A stretch of DNA of 64,000 nt from Spirochaetia bacterium (lineage in GTDB: Bacteria > Spirochaetota > Spirochaetia > CADAEX01), in the NCBI GenBank assembly GCA_963662795.1, contig OY759746.1:384001-448000 (forward strand), given 5' to 3'. Every line of letters begins with the position of its first letter. Position 1 is the first letter of the stretch. Below the pieces are notes generated by a model. The model was not told the DNA's origin, ran no database searches, and was given only the letters and a program-made list of their open reading frames with translations. Shown piece by piece: positions 10,565-20,956 of the stretch. The position numbers and the translations under genes are program-made.

Positions 10565-11053
10565 ATGAATACTAAAGAAAAAATAATTTTCAAAATATTA
10601 AGACATCATTGGATATTAGAACTTATTATTATATTGATATTAAGTGTTATAGTTTTTATATTTGCAGCATATTACGATTTATTGGAGTTGTTAAACGGTT
10701 TTTTAATGCTTTATGAAAACCTTGAGCTTGATGAATACATTTCTGTATCTATTTTTCTGGTTTTTGCACTCGGAATATTTTCAATACGCAGATGGCATGA
10801 TTATTTTAAATTAAGCAGGATATTAACCAATAAGAACAAAGATCTTCAGAGAGCATTATCAGAAATCAGACAGCTACAAGGAATAATCCCTATCTGTGCA
10901 TCTTGTAAAAAGATCAGAAACGATGATGGATATTGGCAGCAGGTTGAAGAATATATTCATGATCATTCAGATGCTCAATTCACTCATGGGCTATGTCCTG
11001 AATGCGAAAAAATTATTTATCCGGATTTATATTTTAATCATGAGAAAGATTAA
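10565..11053 (+). CDS. Two-TM membrane protein with a coiled coil and a C-terminal four-Cys domain
   Basis: IPICASCKKIR..GYWQQVEEYI..HS.AQFTHGLCPEC, a domain usually appended to REC/PAS signalling proteins. Confidence 0.8.
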   Translation: MNTKEKIIFKILRHHWILELIIILILSVIVFIFAAYYDLLELLNGFLMLYENLELDEYISVSIFLVFALGIFSIRRWHDYFKLSRILTNKNKDLQRALSEIRQLQGIIPICASCKKIRNDDGYWQQVEEYIHDHSDAQFTHGLCPECEKIIYPDLYFNHEKD

Positions 11054-11106
11054 TGATTTTTATGTATGTAATTATTTTTCCGATAAAAGTCATCTACCCC
11101 TCCTCA

Positions 11107-11164
11107 GTCCAACAAAATCTTCTACCCATATCTCTGCCGTGGGTGTAGAATAACCTGGTTAAGA
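11107..11164. repeat. att-like intergenic repeat, copy 2
   Basis: GTCCAAC AAAATCTTCTACCCATATCTCTGCCGTGGGTGTAGAATAACCTG GTTAAGA; imperfect internal palindrome. Confidence 0.65.
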
Positions 11165-11202
11165 ATAATATTTTTTCCCATTGCTTAAAGAAGGATGAGA
11201 TT

Positions 11203-11883
11203 ATGAAAATAATGTTTTCAAGTGCTGTAAAAAACAAATATCCTGATCTGAAGATTGCTTTATTGAATATTGAAAATATTAAAAATGAGTATATAAATAA
11301 AAACATCGAAATTGAAAGTGAAAACTTGGTTAAGAATTTGGTGGAACGATATTCAAATTATACTCGTCAAGATCTTTTAAAAGATAGTGTTATTGAAGGC
11401 TATTATTCTTATTATAAATATTTTAATAAAACTTATCATGTATTACTTCAATTGGAATCAATTGTTTTCAAAGGGAGAAAAATTCAAAGTTCTACTCCTA
11501 TAGTACATGCCATGTTTATGGCTGAATTAAAAAACAGATATTTGACAGCGGCTCATGACTTGTCAAATATCTATGAACCCATATTGATTGATATTGCAAA
11601 TGGAAATGAAGATTATAAACTTATAGGTAATTCTGTAAAGACATTATTACCCTCTGATATTTATATTAAGGATACCAAAGGGATTATTTCCAGCATAATA
11701 TATGGACCGGATGAAAGAACAAAAATAACCAATGATACAAAAAATGCTTTATTTGCTATATATGCGCCGGCAGTCACAAAAGATGAATTACTAATTAATC
11801 ATCTGGATGATATTGCAAATTATCTGAGAAAAAATAACAATTCTATAATTATAAACGAAAAATTAGTTTTACAGGCAGAGTAA
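11203..11883 (+). CDS. B3/B4 domain protein (PheRS beta-subunit editing-like)
   Basis: YYKYFNKTYHVLLQLES, AAHDL, DIYIKDTKGIISS..GPDERTKIT motifs; RBS AAGGA. Confidence 0.75.
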   Translation: MKIMFSSAVKNKYPDLKIALLNIENIKNEYINKNIEIESENLVKNLVERYSNYTRQDLLKDSVIEGYYSYYKYFNKTYHVLLQLESIVFKGRKIQSSTPIVHAMFMAELKNRYLTAAHDLSNIYEPILIDIANGNEDYKLIGNSVKTLLPSDIYIKDTKGIISSIIYGPDERTKITNDTKNALFAIYAPAVTKDELLINHLDDIANYLRKNNNSIIINEKLVLQAE

Positions 11884-11949
11884 TTACCTGCAACTCAAGA
11901 AAATACACTTTTCATGTTCGTGGTGCTGGTGCAGGATTGAATTGCCAAC
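11884..11949. repeat. att-like intergenic repeat, diverged copy 3
   Basis: CAAGAAAATACACTTTTCATGTTCGTGGTGCTGGTGCAGGAT aligns without gaps to copy 2; starts right after the stop codon. Confidence 0.45.
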
Positions 11950-12006
11950 ATATTATTGCGATTAAATATTTCTAAAAATATTTAAAAAGGTTATAATTGG
12001 AAAACA

Positions 12007-12447
12007 ATGAAATATCCGGAACTCACAGTAAGTGCAGTAATTTTTAACAGAAATGATCAAATCTTATTATGCAAATCCCACAAATGGGATAATAAATTTA
12101 TTATCCCTGGTGGGCATGTAGAATATGGTGAAAAACTAGAAGAGGCTTTAAAACGCGAGATACTGGAAGAAACAGGGATTGAAATTCATAGTATTAAACC
12201 AATAGGTCTGAAAGAATGTTTTTATAACAATAAATATTATAAAAACAGACATTTCCTTTTCATGGACTACATCTGTAGAACAGAAACTACAGAAGTTATA
12301 CTTAACGAGGAAGCGGAAGAATTTGCATGGGTTTCATTAAGTGATTTGCATAAATATGAATTAGGCGGATTTACAGAATCTTTACTCAATAAACTGAAAA
12401 CAAATGGAAATAATCAAGACAAAGTAGATATATATTACAATTATTAG
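12007..12447 (+). CDS. NUDIX hydrolase
   Basis: Nudix box PGGHVEYGEKLEEALKREILEETG. Confidence 0.93.
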   Translation: MKYPELTVSAVIFNRNDQILLCKSHKWDNKFIIPGGHVEYGEKLEEALKREILEETGIEIHSIKPIGLKECFYNNKYYKNRHFLFMDYICRTETTEVILNEEAEEFAWVSLSDLHKYELGGFTESLLNKLKTNGNNQDKVDIYYNY

Positions 12448-12531
12448 GACTTTATTGCTATCGCTGGATGTTAATAGTGTTAACATAACAGATATTACTA
12501 AAGAGACTACATAAAGGTAGAGGGGGGAATA

Positions 12532-13498
12532 GACTCTGTAATTAAAACTGTGTAACTGCAAAATTCTAAATAGCCTCAATGCAGAACTGGATAACCACTT
12601 AGGTTACGAGAAGCATTCAAGCCAGGACCGCAATAAACTGAACAGCCGTAATGGTGGCCGTACAGGCAAAAAAGTAATAACCGATGCGGTTCTTGAGGAA
12701 GTTGAGCAGCGGCAAAACCGTCCACTAGAGAGTGTCTATCCGATAATTTACCTTGATTGCATTGTCGTAAAGGTGCATCAGGATAAAAGAGTAATCAACA
12801 AGGCTGTTTATCTAGCCCTGGGTGTTACCACAGAAGGAATTAAGGAACTTTTGGGACTCTGGATATCAGAAAACGAAGGAGTGAAGTTCTGGCTTTCTAT
12901 ACTAACGGAACTTCACTCCCAGAGGTGTAAAAGATATCTTCATTGCAAGTGAGGATGGACTTACAGGCTTCCCTGAAGAGATAAATACAGTATTTCCCAA
13001 AACAAAAATCTGATTATGCATTTGTACACATGGTAAGGAACTCTTTGAAATACGTTTCCTATAAAGACTGTAAAGAACTGGCTGGGGATTTGAAAAGAAT
13101 CTACTCTTCAATAACCCTTGATGAAGCAGAAAGGGAATTAGTGATATTTTCAGATAAGTGGGACAGTCAATATGCATCGATCAGCAGAATGTGGGGAAAA
13201 GCTGGGAAAACCTGATAACAATCTTTGATTATCCTGATGAAATCCGTAAAATAATTTATACTACAAATGCAATTGAATCTTTAAACAGTGTAATTCGAAA
13301 AGCCATAAAAAATCGCAGGATATTTCCCAATGACAAATCGGCATTTAAAATCATATACCTGGCTGTAAAGCAGGCTTCAAAGAAATGGAGCATGCCTCTC
13401 CGTGAGTGAAAACCAGCTGTGAACCTATTTTTATTGGAATATGGAGAGCGGTTTTCTGATGAATAAAAAGTCAGTTACACAGAATTCTTTACAGGCTC
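12532..13498 (+). mobile_element. IS256-family element, internally deleted and inactive (copy 1)
   Basis: IRs GACTCTGTAATTAAAACTGTGTAAC / GTTACACAGAATTCTTTACAGGCTC; transposase fragments (YPIIYLDCI, IYTTNAIES) with stops and frameshifts. Confidence 0.9.
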
Positions 13499-13501
13499 CA
13501 T

Positions 13502-16018
13502 TTATTCTGGATTTTTATTATCAAAAATTAATCTTATTTTATGATTTAATTCTTTTATATCTACCGGTTTCATTAAAAAAGCATTAATACCTTCAGCGTC
13601 TGCGATATTATTATTAATTTTTGTACTATAACCAGAAATAAGGATTACTGGAATTGATGGCCTTATAGACCTAATCTCTTTTGAAAGACTTAATCCAGTC
13701 ATCATAGGCATCGTTTGGTCCGTAATAATAATATCAAAATAATCAGGTTTGTTTCGAAATAACTCAACCGCTTCATTGCTATCTGTTTTACCTGTTACGT
13801 TATAACCAAGTTTTTCCAGGCGAAGTTTTAGCATATTGACTAATAGCGGCTCATCATCAATTAATAATATTTTTTCATTTCCATTATTAATTACATCAAT
13901 ATTATTTTCAATTTTTGAAGTGGTTAAACTATCTTTCTTTTGAAAATATACCTCAAAAATTGTACCCTCACCTAATATACTTTTAACTTTAATCATACCA
14001 CCATGTTGTTTGATTATATTGTGAACAATTGATAATCCTATTCCAGAACCTTTACCGACTTCCTTTGTTGTAAAATATGGATTAAATATTTGATCTTGAA
14101 TTTCTGAGGAAATCCCTGTGCCTGTGTCTCGTATATTGAGCAATATATAATCCCCCGGTAATAACTCTGGTTCGCTTAAAAGATCCTTATAATCAAGATT
14201 GACTTTAGACAATTCAATCGTTAAAACACCTCCGTTTTCCTCCATTGCATCTGCGGCATTTGTACATAAGTTGACTAATACTTGATCTATTTGAGTTACA
14301 TCAGACATTATTAAACCACAGTTTGGATCAATATTATATCGTATCTCTATAGACGAAGGGATTATTGCTCTTAAAAGCTTAATAAAATTATTAGTAACAA
14401 GACTAATATCAACAGGTTGTCTGTTTGATTTGTCTTTACGGCTGAAGGATAGTATTTGCTTTACTAGCTCTTTTGCTCGGAGGCCGGCACTTAACACCTG
14501 TTCCTGTAGATGTATTAAATTTTCTTGATCTTTACTTTCGGCAATTGCGATTTCTGTATATCCAATTATTACAGAAAGTATGTTGTTGAAATCATGAGCA
14601 ATTCCACCGGCAAGAGTTCCTATAGCTTCTAGTTTTTGTGAATGCTTTAATGCATCTTCCAGTCTGATTCGTTCTTCTTCTGCTTGTTTTCTTTCAGTAA
14701 TATCGCGGGCAATTCCCAAGACACTTGTTAGTTTATTTTTTTTATCATAAATTGGTGTTTTTATTGTCTCAATATACTCAGTGTGTCCATCTTCAGCAAA
14801 AGTAATTTCTTCTTCATTATTACTAGGATATCCAGTTTCTAGAGTAATTTTATCATACTTTCTGAAAAGGTTAGCTAGTTTTTCAGGAAATAAATCGTAA
14901 TCAGTTTTTCCTATTAATTCGCTTTCAGGTATTCCTACCAATTTTTCAAATCTCTTATTGCAACCCATGTAAACCCCTTCCGGGTTCTTAATCCAAATGA
15001 GATCCGGAATGGAATTAATTAATGATGATAAACGTGATTCTCTGTCTTCAAGAATTTCCTGTACTTTCTTATGCTCAAGAATTTCCTTTTTAAGATCCAT
15101 GGTTTTTTTATCAATTATTCTCTTGAGTTGTTGATTTAAAAATAATGATGCTAATAGAATAGTGATAATAATACCTATAATACTAAACATTATTTTTATT
15201 CGTCTTTGTAATTTAACGGTAGGTTCATATTTGATATGAATCCATTTGTTTATTATTGTCTGTCTTTCTTTGTCTGTAATTGCTGTAATACCTTTATCCA
15301 AAATGCTAACAAGCTCCGGCCAATCCGATCTGACTGCAAAGCCTGATACATTCGAAGGTTTAATCTCAGATGCAATTTTTAAATTTACTATTTTATTTTG
15401 TTCAATATAATAACTGGTAGTAGCCAAATCTCCGATAAATGCATCAATTTTGCCGAATGATACTTCTCTTAAACCGGTACTTATGTCATTAGCCAGCTCA
15501 ATTATAATTTCTGGATTTTGATTTCGTATAATATCTATATAACCATAACCAGCAACCATTGAAACGGTTTTACCTTTAAGATCTGATAATGTTAAATTTA
15601 CTCCTGAGGATTCTCTTACTATGATAACTGATGGAATGCTAAGATAAGGTGTTGTAAAAGTTAAAAATTTTTCGCGATGAGATGTTTTTACAACTGCATT
15701 TAGCATATCAACTTCACCGCTTTCAGTTTTTTGTATTACTTCAACCCAGTCTTCACATTTTATAATTTGAAAGTTCAGTCCCAACTTATTTGAGATTAAT
15801 CTTGCATAATCGGCTGCCAGCCCCTTATATATACCATTTTCATCGAAAAATTCTATTGGCTGAAAATTCGGATCAGGAGCCAGTTTTATGGTTTTGTGAT
15901 CTTTTAACCATAATTGTTCAGAATATGTTAGACTGACTGACTGACTATAAAGAAATTGGATATGAAAGAATGTAGAATAAAATAATAATACTATAAACCA
16001 AATAAAAGGTTTTAACAT
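13502..16018 (-). CDS. Hybrid sensor kinase: periplasmic SBP (BvgS-like), TM, PAS, HisKA, HATPase, REC
   Basis: LAGGIAHDFNN, NLCTNA, DTGTG, GKGSGIGL, LLIDDE..TDQTMP..KP. Confidence 0.93.
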   Translation of the reverse strand: MLKPFIWFIVLLFYSTFFHIQFLYSQSVSLTYSEQLWLKDHKTIKLAPDPNFQPIEFFDENGIYKGLAADYARLISNKLGLNFQIIKCEDWVEVIQKTESGEVDMLNAVVKTSHREKFLTFTTPYLSIPSVIIVRESSGVNLTLSDLKGKTVSMVAGYGYIDIIRNQNPEIIIELANDISTGLREVSFGKIDAFIGDLATTSYYIEQNKIVNLKIASEIKPSNVSGFAVRSDWPELVSILDKGITAITDKERQTIINKWIHIKYEPTVKLQRRIKIMFSIIGIIITILLASLFLNQQLKRIIDKKTMDLKKEILEHKKVQEILEDRESRLSSLINSIPDLIWIKNPEGVYMGCNKRFEKLVGIPESELIGKTDYDLFPEKLANLFRKYDKITLETGYPSNNEEEITFAEDGHTEYIETIKTPIYDKKNKLTSVLGIARDITERKQAEEERIRLEDALKHSQKLEAIGTLAGGIAHDFNNILSVIIGYTEIAIAESKDQENLIHLQEQVLSAGLRAKELVKQILSFSRKDKSNRQPVDISLVTNNFIKLLRAIIPSSIEIRYNIDPNCGLIMSDVTQIDQVLVNLCTNAADAMEENGGVLTIELSKVNLDYKDLLSEPELLPGDYILLNIRDTGTGISSEIQDQIFNPYFTTKEVGKGSGIGLSIVHNIIKQHGGMIKVKSILGEGTIFEVYFQKKDSLTTSKIENNIDVINNGNEKILLIDDEPLLVNMLKLRLEKLGYNVTGKTDSNEAVELFRNKPDYFDIIITDQTMPMMTGLSLSKEIRSIRPSIPVILISGYSTKINNNIADAEGINAFLMKPVDIKELNHKIRLIFDNKNPE

Positions 16019-16075
16019 TTTAATTACAACTACCTTTACTCAAGTATAATGAAATATTTTGATTAAGTCATTGTT

Positions 16076-17830
16076 GAGGCTGTAGATAAAGTGTAAATTT
16101 TCAACAATTGCTTTATATCCAGATATTCCCATGATAAAATTCTATCAGACTGGGAGATTACAAAAGGGGTAAATACAAAGAGTATTCTTATGAACAAAAA
16201 GTGCTGCTGCCGATAGATTTTTCCGAGCAGGTTCTTCCCGGAACCTTTGAACACACACTCAATTTTCTCATTGACCGGGGAATTGATTTAACCATGTTTT
16301 ATGAAAAACATAAAAATGATGAAAATGGAGCTCCCGCCTACGATCCGGCGATCTTACTGAAGATAATTCTTTTTGCTTATTCACGGGGAATTATTTCCAG
16401 CAGAAGAATTGCCCGATTATGTCGGGAAAATGTCGTTTGCATGTCCCTCTCCGCAGAACCCGGCCGCACTTTAGCACCATAGCTGATTTTATTTCTACGA
16501 TGGATAAAGAAATCGCTCCCCTGTTTACCCGGATTCTCTCGGTCTGTTACGCCAATAACGTCATCGATAAAAACATGTTTGCCATCGACGGCTGCAAGAT
16601 TTCTTCCAATTGCTCAAAGGAATGGAGCGGAACGAAAAAAGAACTGCTAAAAAAAGCGGGAAAGATAGAGGAATCTATCAAATACCTGTTGGAAAAACAT
16701 AAACAGGAAGATAAAAGCCGGTATAGTCAAAGTCAGGAAGAGAAAGAAAAGGCTTCGATAGAGAAACTGAAAGCTAAATCCCAAAAGATCCATGACTGAC
16801 TGAACTCAAATGACGATAGAATGGGAAGCCAGGGGAAACCAATAAAAAGCAATATTACCGACAATGAAAGCGCGAAGATGTCCACCTCCCATGGAGTTAT
16901 CCAGGGTTATAACGGAATTGCGGCGGTTGATGAAAAGAACCAATTAATCGTTTGGGCGGAAGCATTTGGCGACAGCAATGAATCCAAACATTTCCCCGAG
17001 ATTCTGGATGGAATAAAAAACAATTTTAAATCGATTCAGGCATCGGAAGATATCTTGAAAGAAACAGTGATTACCGCCGACAGCGGTTTTCATAATGATA
17101 ATAATATGAAGCTGATTGTGGAAAATAACCTGACAGCCTTTGTCGCGGACAACCAGTTTCGAAAGAGGGATGTGAGATTTGCATCAGCCCAGAAACATAA
17201 ACAAAAACCTGTCACGAATTGGGAACCTGCCAAAGGGAAAAAATATTACTCAGTAGATGATTTTATCTATGATGAAAATACAAAGAAATTAATGTGCCCA
17301 GCTGGTTTCGAAATGAAACTGAAGTGCAGGAACTTTCAAAGCTCTGGCTATAGTGGAACATCCTACATAGGGAGAAAGGAAAACTGCTTAACCTGTCCGC
17401 TAAGAAAGAAGTGTATACGTAAAGAGAGCACGGAAGTCAGACAGGTGACCAGGTTTGATAGTAGTCGGGGAAAAGAAAAGGTCTCATTTACAGAACGAAT
17501 GAGGAGAGTCTTTGACGCGCCTGAAGGTCGGAGTATCTACAGTAAAAGAATGGGTACTGTAGAACCGGTGTTTGGAAATATCCGATCGACACTGGGGTTA
17601 AATTATTTTACACTGCGAAGTAAGAATAAGGTAAATGTTCAATGGTTGCTTTTCTGTATTGTGCATAACATTGGAAAAATACAGAGGTATGCGGAAGCAT
17701 AGGGGAAAATAGAGGATGAAATGAATCAGGGATTACATTTTGACCTCACAAGACAATCTTATGGACTTTATGATCTTGTAGAATGGGAGAAGTAAATGAA
17801 GATTGAAAATCGGGGTTTTTCTACAGCCTC
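16076..17830 (+). mobile_element. IS1182-family element; transposase frameshifted and interrupted by a stop
   Basis: IRs GAGGCTGTAGATAAA / TTTTTCTACAGCCTC; GAPAYDP..SSRRIA, AIDGCK, ADSGF, VEPVFG; frameshift near 16460 and TGA at 16797. Confidence 0.9.
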
Positions 17831-18095
17831 GTTATGTAAAGTAAATGAATCGGTTGTTCGTTTAGGTATTGTCAAAGGTGAATATCATTGGCATAAGCAT
17901 GATGAAGAAGATGAATTTTTCTTTACACTAAATGGTGAGTTGTTGCTCGATATTGAGGATAAAGAAACTGTTACACTTAAACAATATCAAGGGTATGTCG
18001 TTCCTAAAGGAATTGTGCATAAAACACGTGCACAAGAAAAAACTGTAATATTAATGATTGAGACATCTGGCATTATTCCGACTGGTGATGAATAA
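17796..18095 (+). CDS. Cupin protein, 5' part replaced by IS1182 end sequence
   Basis: GEYHWHKHDEEDEFF..VPKGIVH cupin motifs; the first ~12 codons lie inside the IS. Confidence 0.7.
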   Translation: MKIENRGFSTASLCKVNESVVRLGIVKGEYHWHKHDEEDEFFFTLNGELLLDIEDKETVTLKQYQGYVVPKGIVHKTRAQEKTVILMIETSGIIPTGDE

Positions 18096-18150
18096 TTTGC
18101 ATATCCACTGACTGTATTAGTAGAGTAATTACTTGGCCAATTGCCTTTCT

Positions 18151-18216
18151 CCCTAACGAAGATAAAAAAACCACTTCTCCAGACATGGAATCAAGTGCAG
18201 AATTACCTGGTTAAGA
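18151..18216. repeat. att-like intergenic repeat, copy 4
   Basis: CCCTAAC..ACTTCTCCAGACATGG..GTGCAGAATTACCTGGTTAAGA; shares both conserved blocks with copies 1 and 2. Confidence 0.6.
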
Positions 18217-18503
18217 AGTTCTTCATCCTTAATAACTTCAAAATATTTGTTATCCCGGTCTCCAACTAACAAGTAAATATTTTAATGTAAAAAAATAGAC
18301 ATCTCATCCTGCTTGAATATAGAGACATTCAGACTCCGTGAGTACTTTTCACACAAAATATGCCAAATTCAAATATTTTACCGGTTCTATAATAATATTT
18401 TTATTCATTATCACCGCTTTTAATAAACAAAAAAGTAAATAAGATATCAGAATAAATAAAAAAAATTCTTGTACTTATATATTTATATATTAAAATTAAA
18501 TTG

Positions 18504-20567
18504 ATGAATAACAATGTTAAATCTTTATTCTTAATAAATATTATTTCATCTGAATTTATATTTATTTTATTGTTTCTGTTTTTTCAATCATATATATATG
18601 CAGAAACTGACAATAAAATTATTAAAGTCGGTGTTTATGATAATGAACCCAAGGTTTTTTTATCTTCTTCAGGCGAACCTGCAGGACTATTTATTGATAT
18701 AATTGAATATATTGCAAATAAAGAAGGATGGAAAATAAATTATGTCCCCGGAACATGGGGGGATGGGCTTAATCGTCTGAAAAATGGTGAGATTGATCTT
18801 ATGCCAGATGTGGCATATACAGCAGAACGTGAAAAATTATTCAGTTTTCATAAAGTTCCTGTCCTTTCATCATGGTTTCAAGTATATGCTCGTAAAGGAA
18901 GCGACATACAATCAATACTTGATCTAGATAATAAAAAAATATCAGTTCTTGAGAGGTCCATACAAGCAGAATCATTTTCTCATTTGGCTAATGATTTTGG
19001 ATTGAATTTAACTTTAATAACGCTGCCTGATTATAAAAGTTGTTTTGAAGTAGTTGCCAAGGGAGAAGCAGATGCGGTTATTACCAACAGATTTTACGGA
19101 ATAGTACATGCTGAAAGATATCGACTTGAAAATACTGCCGTTATTTTTAATCCTTCCACACTTTTTTTTGCGGCTCCTGGCAATTCAGATAAAGAATTAT
19201 TGAACACTATCGACAGTTATTTAAATAAACTAAAAAAAGACACTAATTCTGTCTATTACAGCTCACTCAAACGATGGATTTCTGAAGATATAAAATATCA
19301 GATTCCGGAACCGATTAAAATAATAAGTATTCTATTGATTTTTTTACTTAGCATAAGTCTCTTGGGAATTTTTTTATTTAAACATCAGTTAAAAATCCAA
19401 ACAGCGGAGCTTTCAAAACATAATGATCAAATGTTAATTATTGAAAAAACACTCAGGACAACAACTACACAGCTTGAATTAAATGTAATTTTGAATAACT
19501 TCCTGCAGGGAGTACTGGAACTATCCTGCTATCAAAGCGGGATGATAAATCTAATAGATCCGGATACTGGAAATTTAGTTAGAGCTGCATCGTTAAACAT
19601 GACAGATAAAGAATCTTTCAATAACAATATATCATTTGAATTAATAGTAAATAGTGTTCAGCTAGGTGTATTGTTTCTTTTCTCAGAAATGAAACTAGAA
19701 CTTGATTATTATACAACGGAGCAAATAAACAATCTCTGCTCAACAATATCACTTTCAATATTAAATGCAAGACTATACAGAAAAATTTTAAATCACGAAA
19801 CTAAACTTAAATCTCAGGTAAAAGAAAGGACTGCAGAATTAAAAAAGGCAATGGAGGAAGCAAAAGCTGCAGATAAGATTAAATCGGCATTTCTTGCCAC
19901 TATGTCACACGAACTCAGAACACCACTTAATTCAATTATAGGATTCACAGGAATAATGCTTCAAGAAATACCGGGACCATTGAATGAAGAACAGGAAAAA
20001 CAGATGTCAATGGTTCAGGTAAGTGCACGACATTTGCTTGCGCTTATCAATGATGTGCTTGATATTTCTAAAATTGAAGCAGGACAGTTAGCCCTATCAA
20101 TTTCAATTTTTGACGTAAAATCTTCAATAGAAAAAGTTATAAATATGATTTTACCACAAATTCAGAAAAAAGGTCTTGAACTCCGAATTGATATTTCTGA
20201 TGACGTAAAAACTTCACTAACCGATTCGCGAAGATTTGAACAGATTATTCTTAATCTTTTAACTAATGCAGTAAAATTTACAGAAAAGGGATTTATATCT
20301 CTTACCTGTCGTAGTGAAAAGAATCATTATTTTCTTTCAGTTTCAGATTCCGGTATTGGAATTGATTCGAAAAATATTTCAGGGTTATTTAAGCCATTTC
20401 ATCAGGTTGATACCGGTCTCACCCGTAAACATGAGGGAACAGGTCTTGGTTTGTCAATATGCAAAAAACTTTTAGATCTTATGAACGGGAGTATAGATAT
20501 TAAAAGTGAATCAGGCAGAGGAAGTACTTTTTCTATCCGTTTTCCCGGGACAAATGGAGTTTTGTAA
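18504..20567 (+). CDS. Sensor histidine kinase: periplasmic SBP, TM, short GAF-like region, HisKA, HATPase
   Basis: FLATMSHELRTPLN, NLLTNAVKF, DSGIG, GTGLGL. Confidence 0.93.
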   Translation: MNNNVKSLFLINIISSEFIFILLFLFFQSYIYAETDNKIIKVGVYDNEPKVFLSSSGEPAGLFIDIIEYIANKEGWKINYVPGTWGDGLNRLKNGEIDLMPDVAYTAEREKLFSFHKVPVLSSWFQVYARKGSDIQSILDLDNKKISVLERSIQAESFSHLANDFGLNLTLITLPDYKSCFEVVAKGEADAVITNRFYGIVHAERYRLENTAVIFNPSTLFFAAPGNSDKELLNTIDSYLNKLKKDTNSVYYSSLKRWISEDIKYQIPEPIKIISILLIFLLSISLLGIFLFKHQLKIQTAELSKHNDQMLIIEKTLRTTTTQLELNVILNNFLQGVLELSCYQSGMINLIDPDTGNLVRAASLNMTDKESFNNNISFELIVNSVQLGVLFLFSEMKLELDYYTTEQINNLCSTISLSILNARLYRKILNHETKLKSQVKERTAELKKAMEEAKAADKIKSAFLATMSHELRTPLNSIIGFTGIMLQEIPGPLNEEQEKQMSMVQVSARHLLALINDVLDISKIEAGQLALSISIFDVKSSIEKVINMILPQIQKKGLELRIDISDDVKTSLTDSRRFEQIILNLLTNAVKFTEKGFISLTCRSEKNHYFLSVSDSGIGIDSKNISGLFKPFHQVDTGLTRKHEGTGLGLSICKKLLDLMNGSIDIKSESGRGSTFSIRFPGTNGVL

Positions 20568-20568
20568 A

Positions 20569-20943
20569 ATGAATAAGAAAATTTTAATTATTGAAGATAA
20601 TGAGCAGAATTTTTATTTAATGCGCTTTATCCTGGAAAATGATGGATTTGAAATTATTGGCGCAGAAAATGGCAGAAAAGGTATTGAGAAAGCACTTGAG
20701 AGCCAGCCACAGGCGATTTTACTGGATATTCAGCTTCCGGAAATGGATGGATACACGGTAGCTGCTGAACTTAAAAAACATGAAATACTTGCAAATATCC
20801 CTATTATTGCTGTTACTTCTTATGCCATGGCTGGAGACAGGGAGAGAATTCTGGCAGCAGGAGCAACTGGATATATCGAAAAACCTATTAATCCAATAAC
20901 CTTTACTACAGAGATTCGGCAGTATCTATCAGAAAATAAATAA
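20569..20943 (+). CDS. Single-domain response regulator (DivK-like)
   Basis: LIIEDNE, LDIQLP, VTSYAM, EKP. Confidence 0.92.
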   Translation: MNKKILIIEDNEQNFYLMRFILENDGFEIIGAENGRKGIEKALESQPQAILLDIQLPEMDGYTVAAELKKHEILANIPIIAVTSYAMAGDRERILAAGATGYIEKPINPITFTTEIRQYLSENK

Positions 20944-20956
20944 TAAGGAAAATAGC

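Noticed and set aside
12524-13506. Swapped target duplications proving an inversion between the IS256 copies
   Set aside because: None of the four flanking 8-mers match each other
10399-18216. Repeats as a CRISPR array
   Set aside because: Copies are divergent, separated by whole genes, and no cas genes are present
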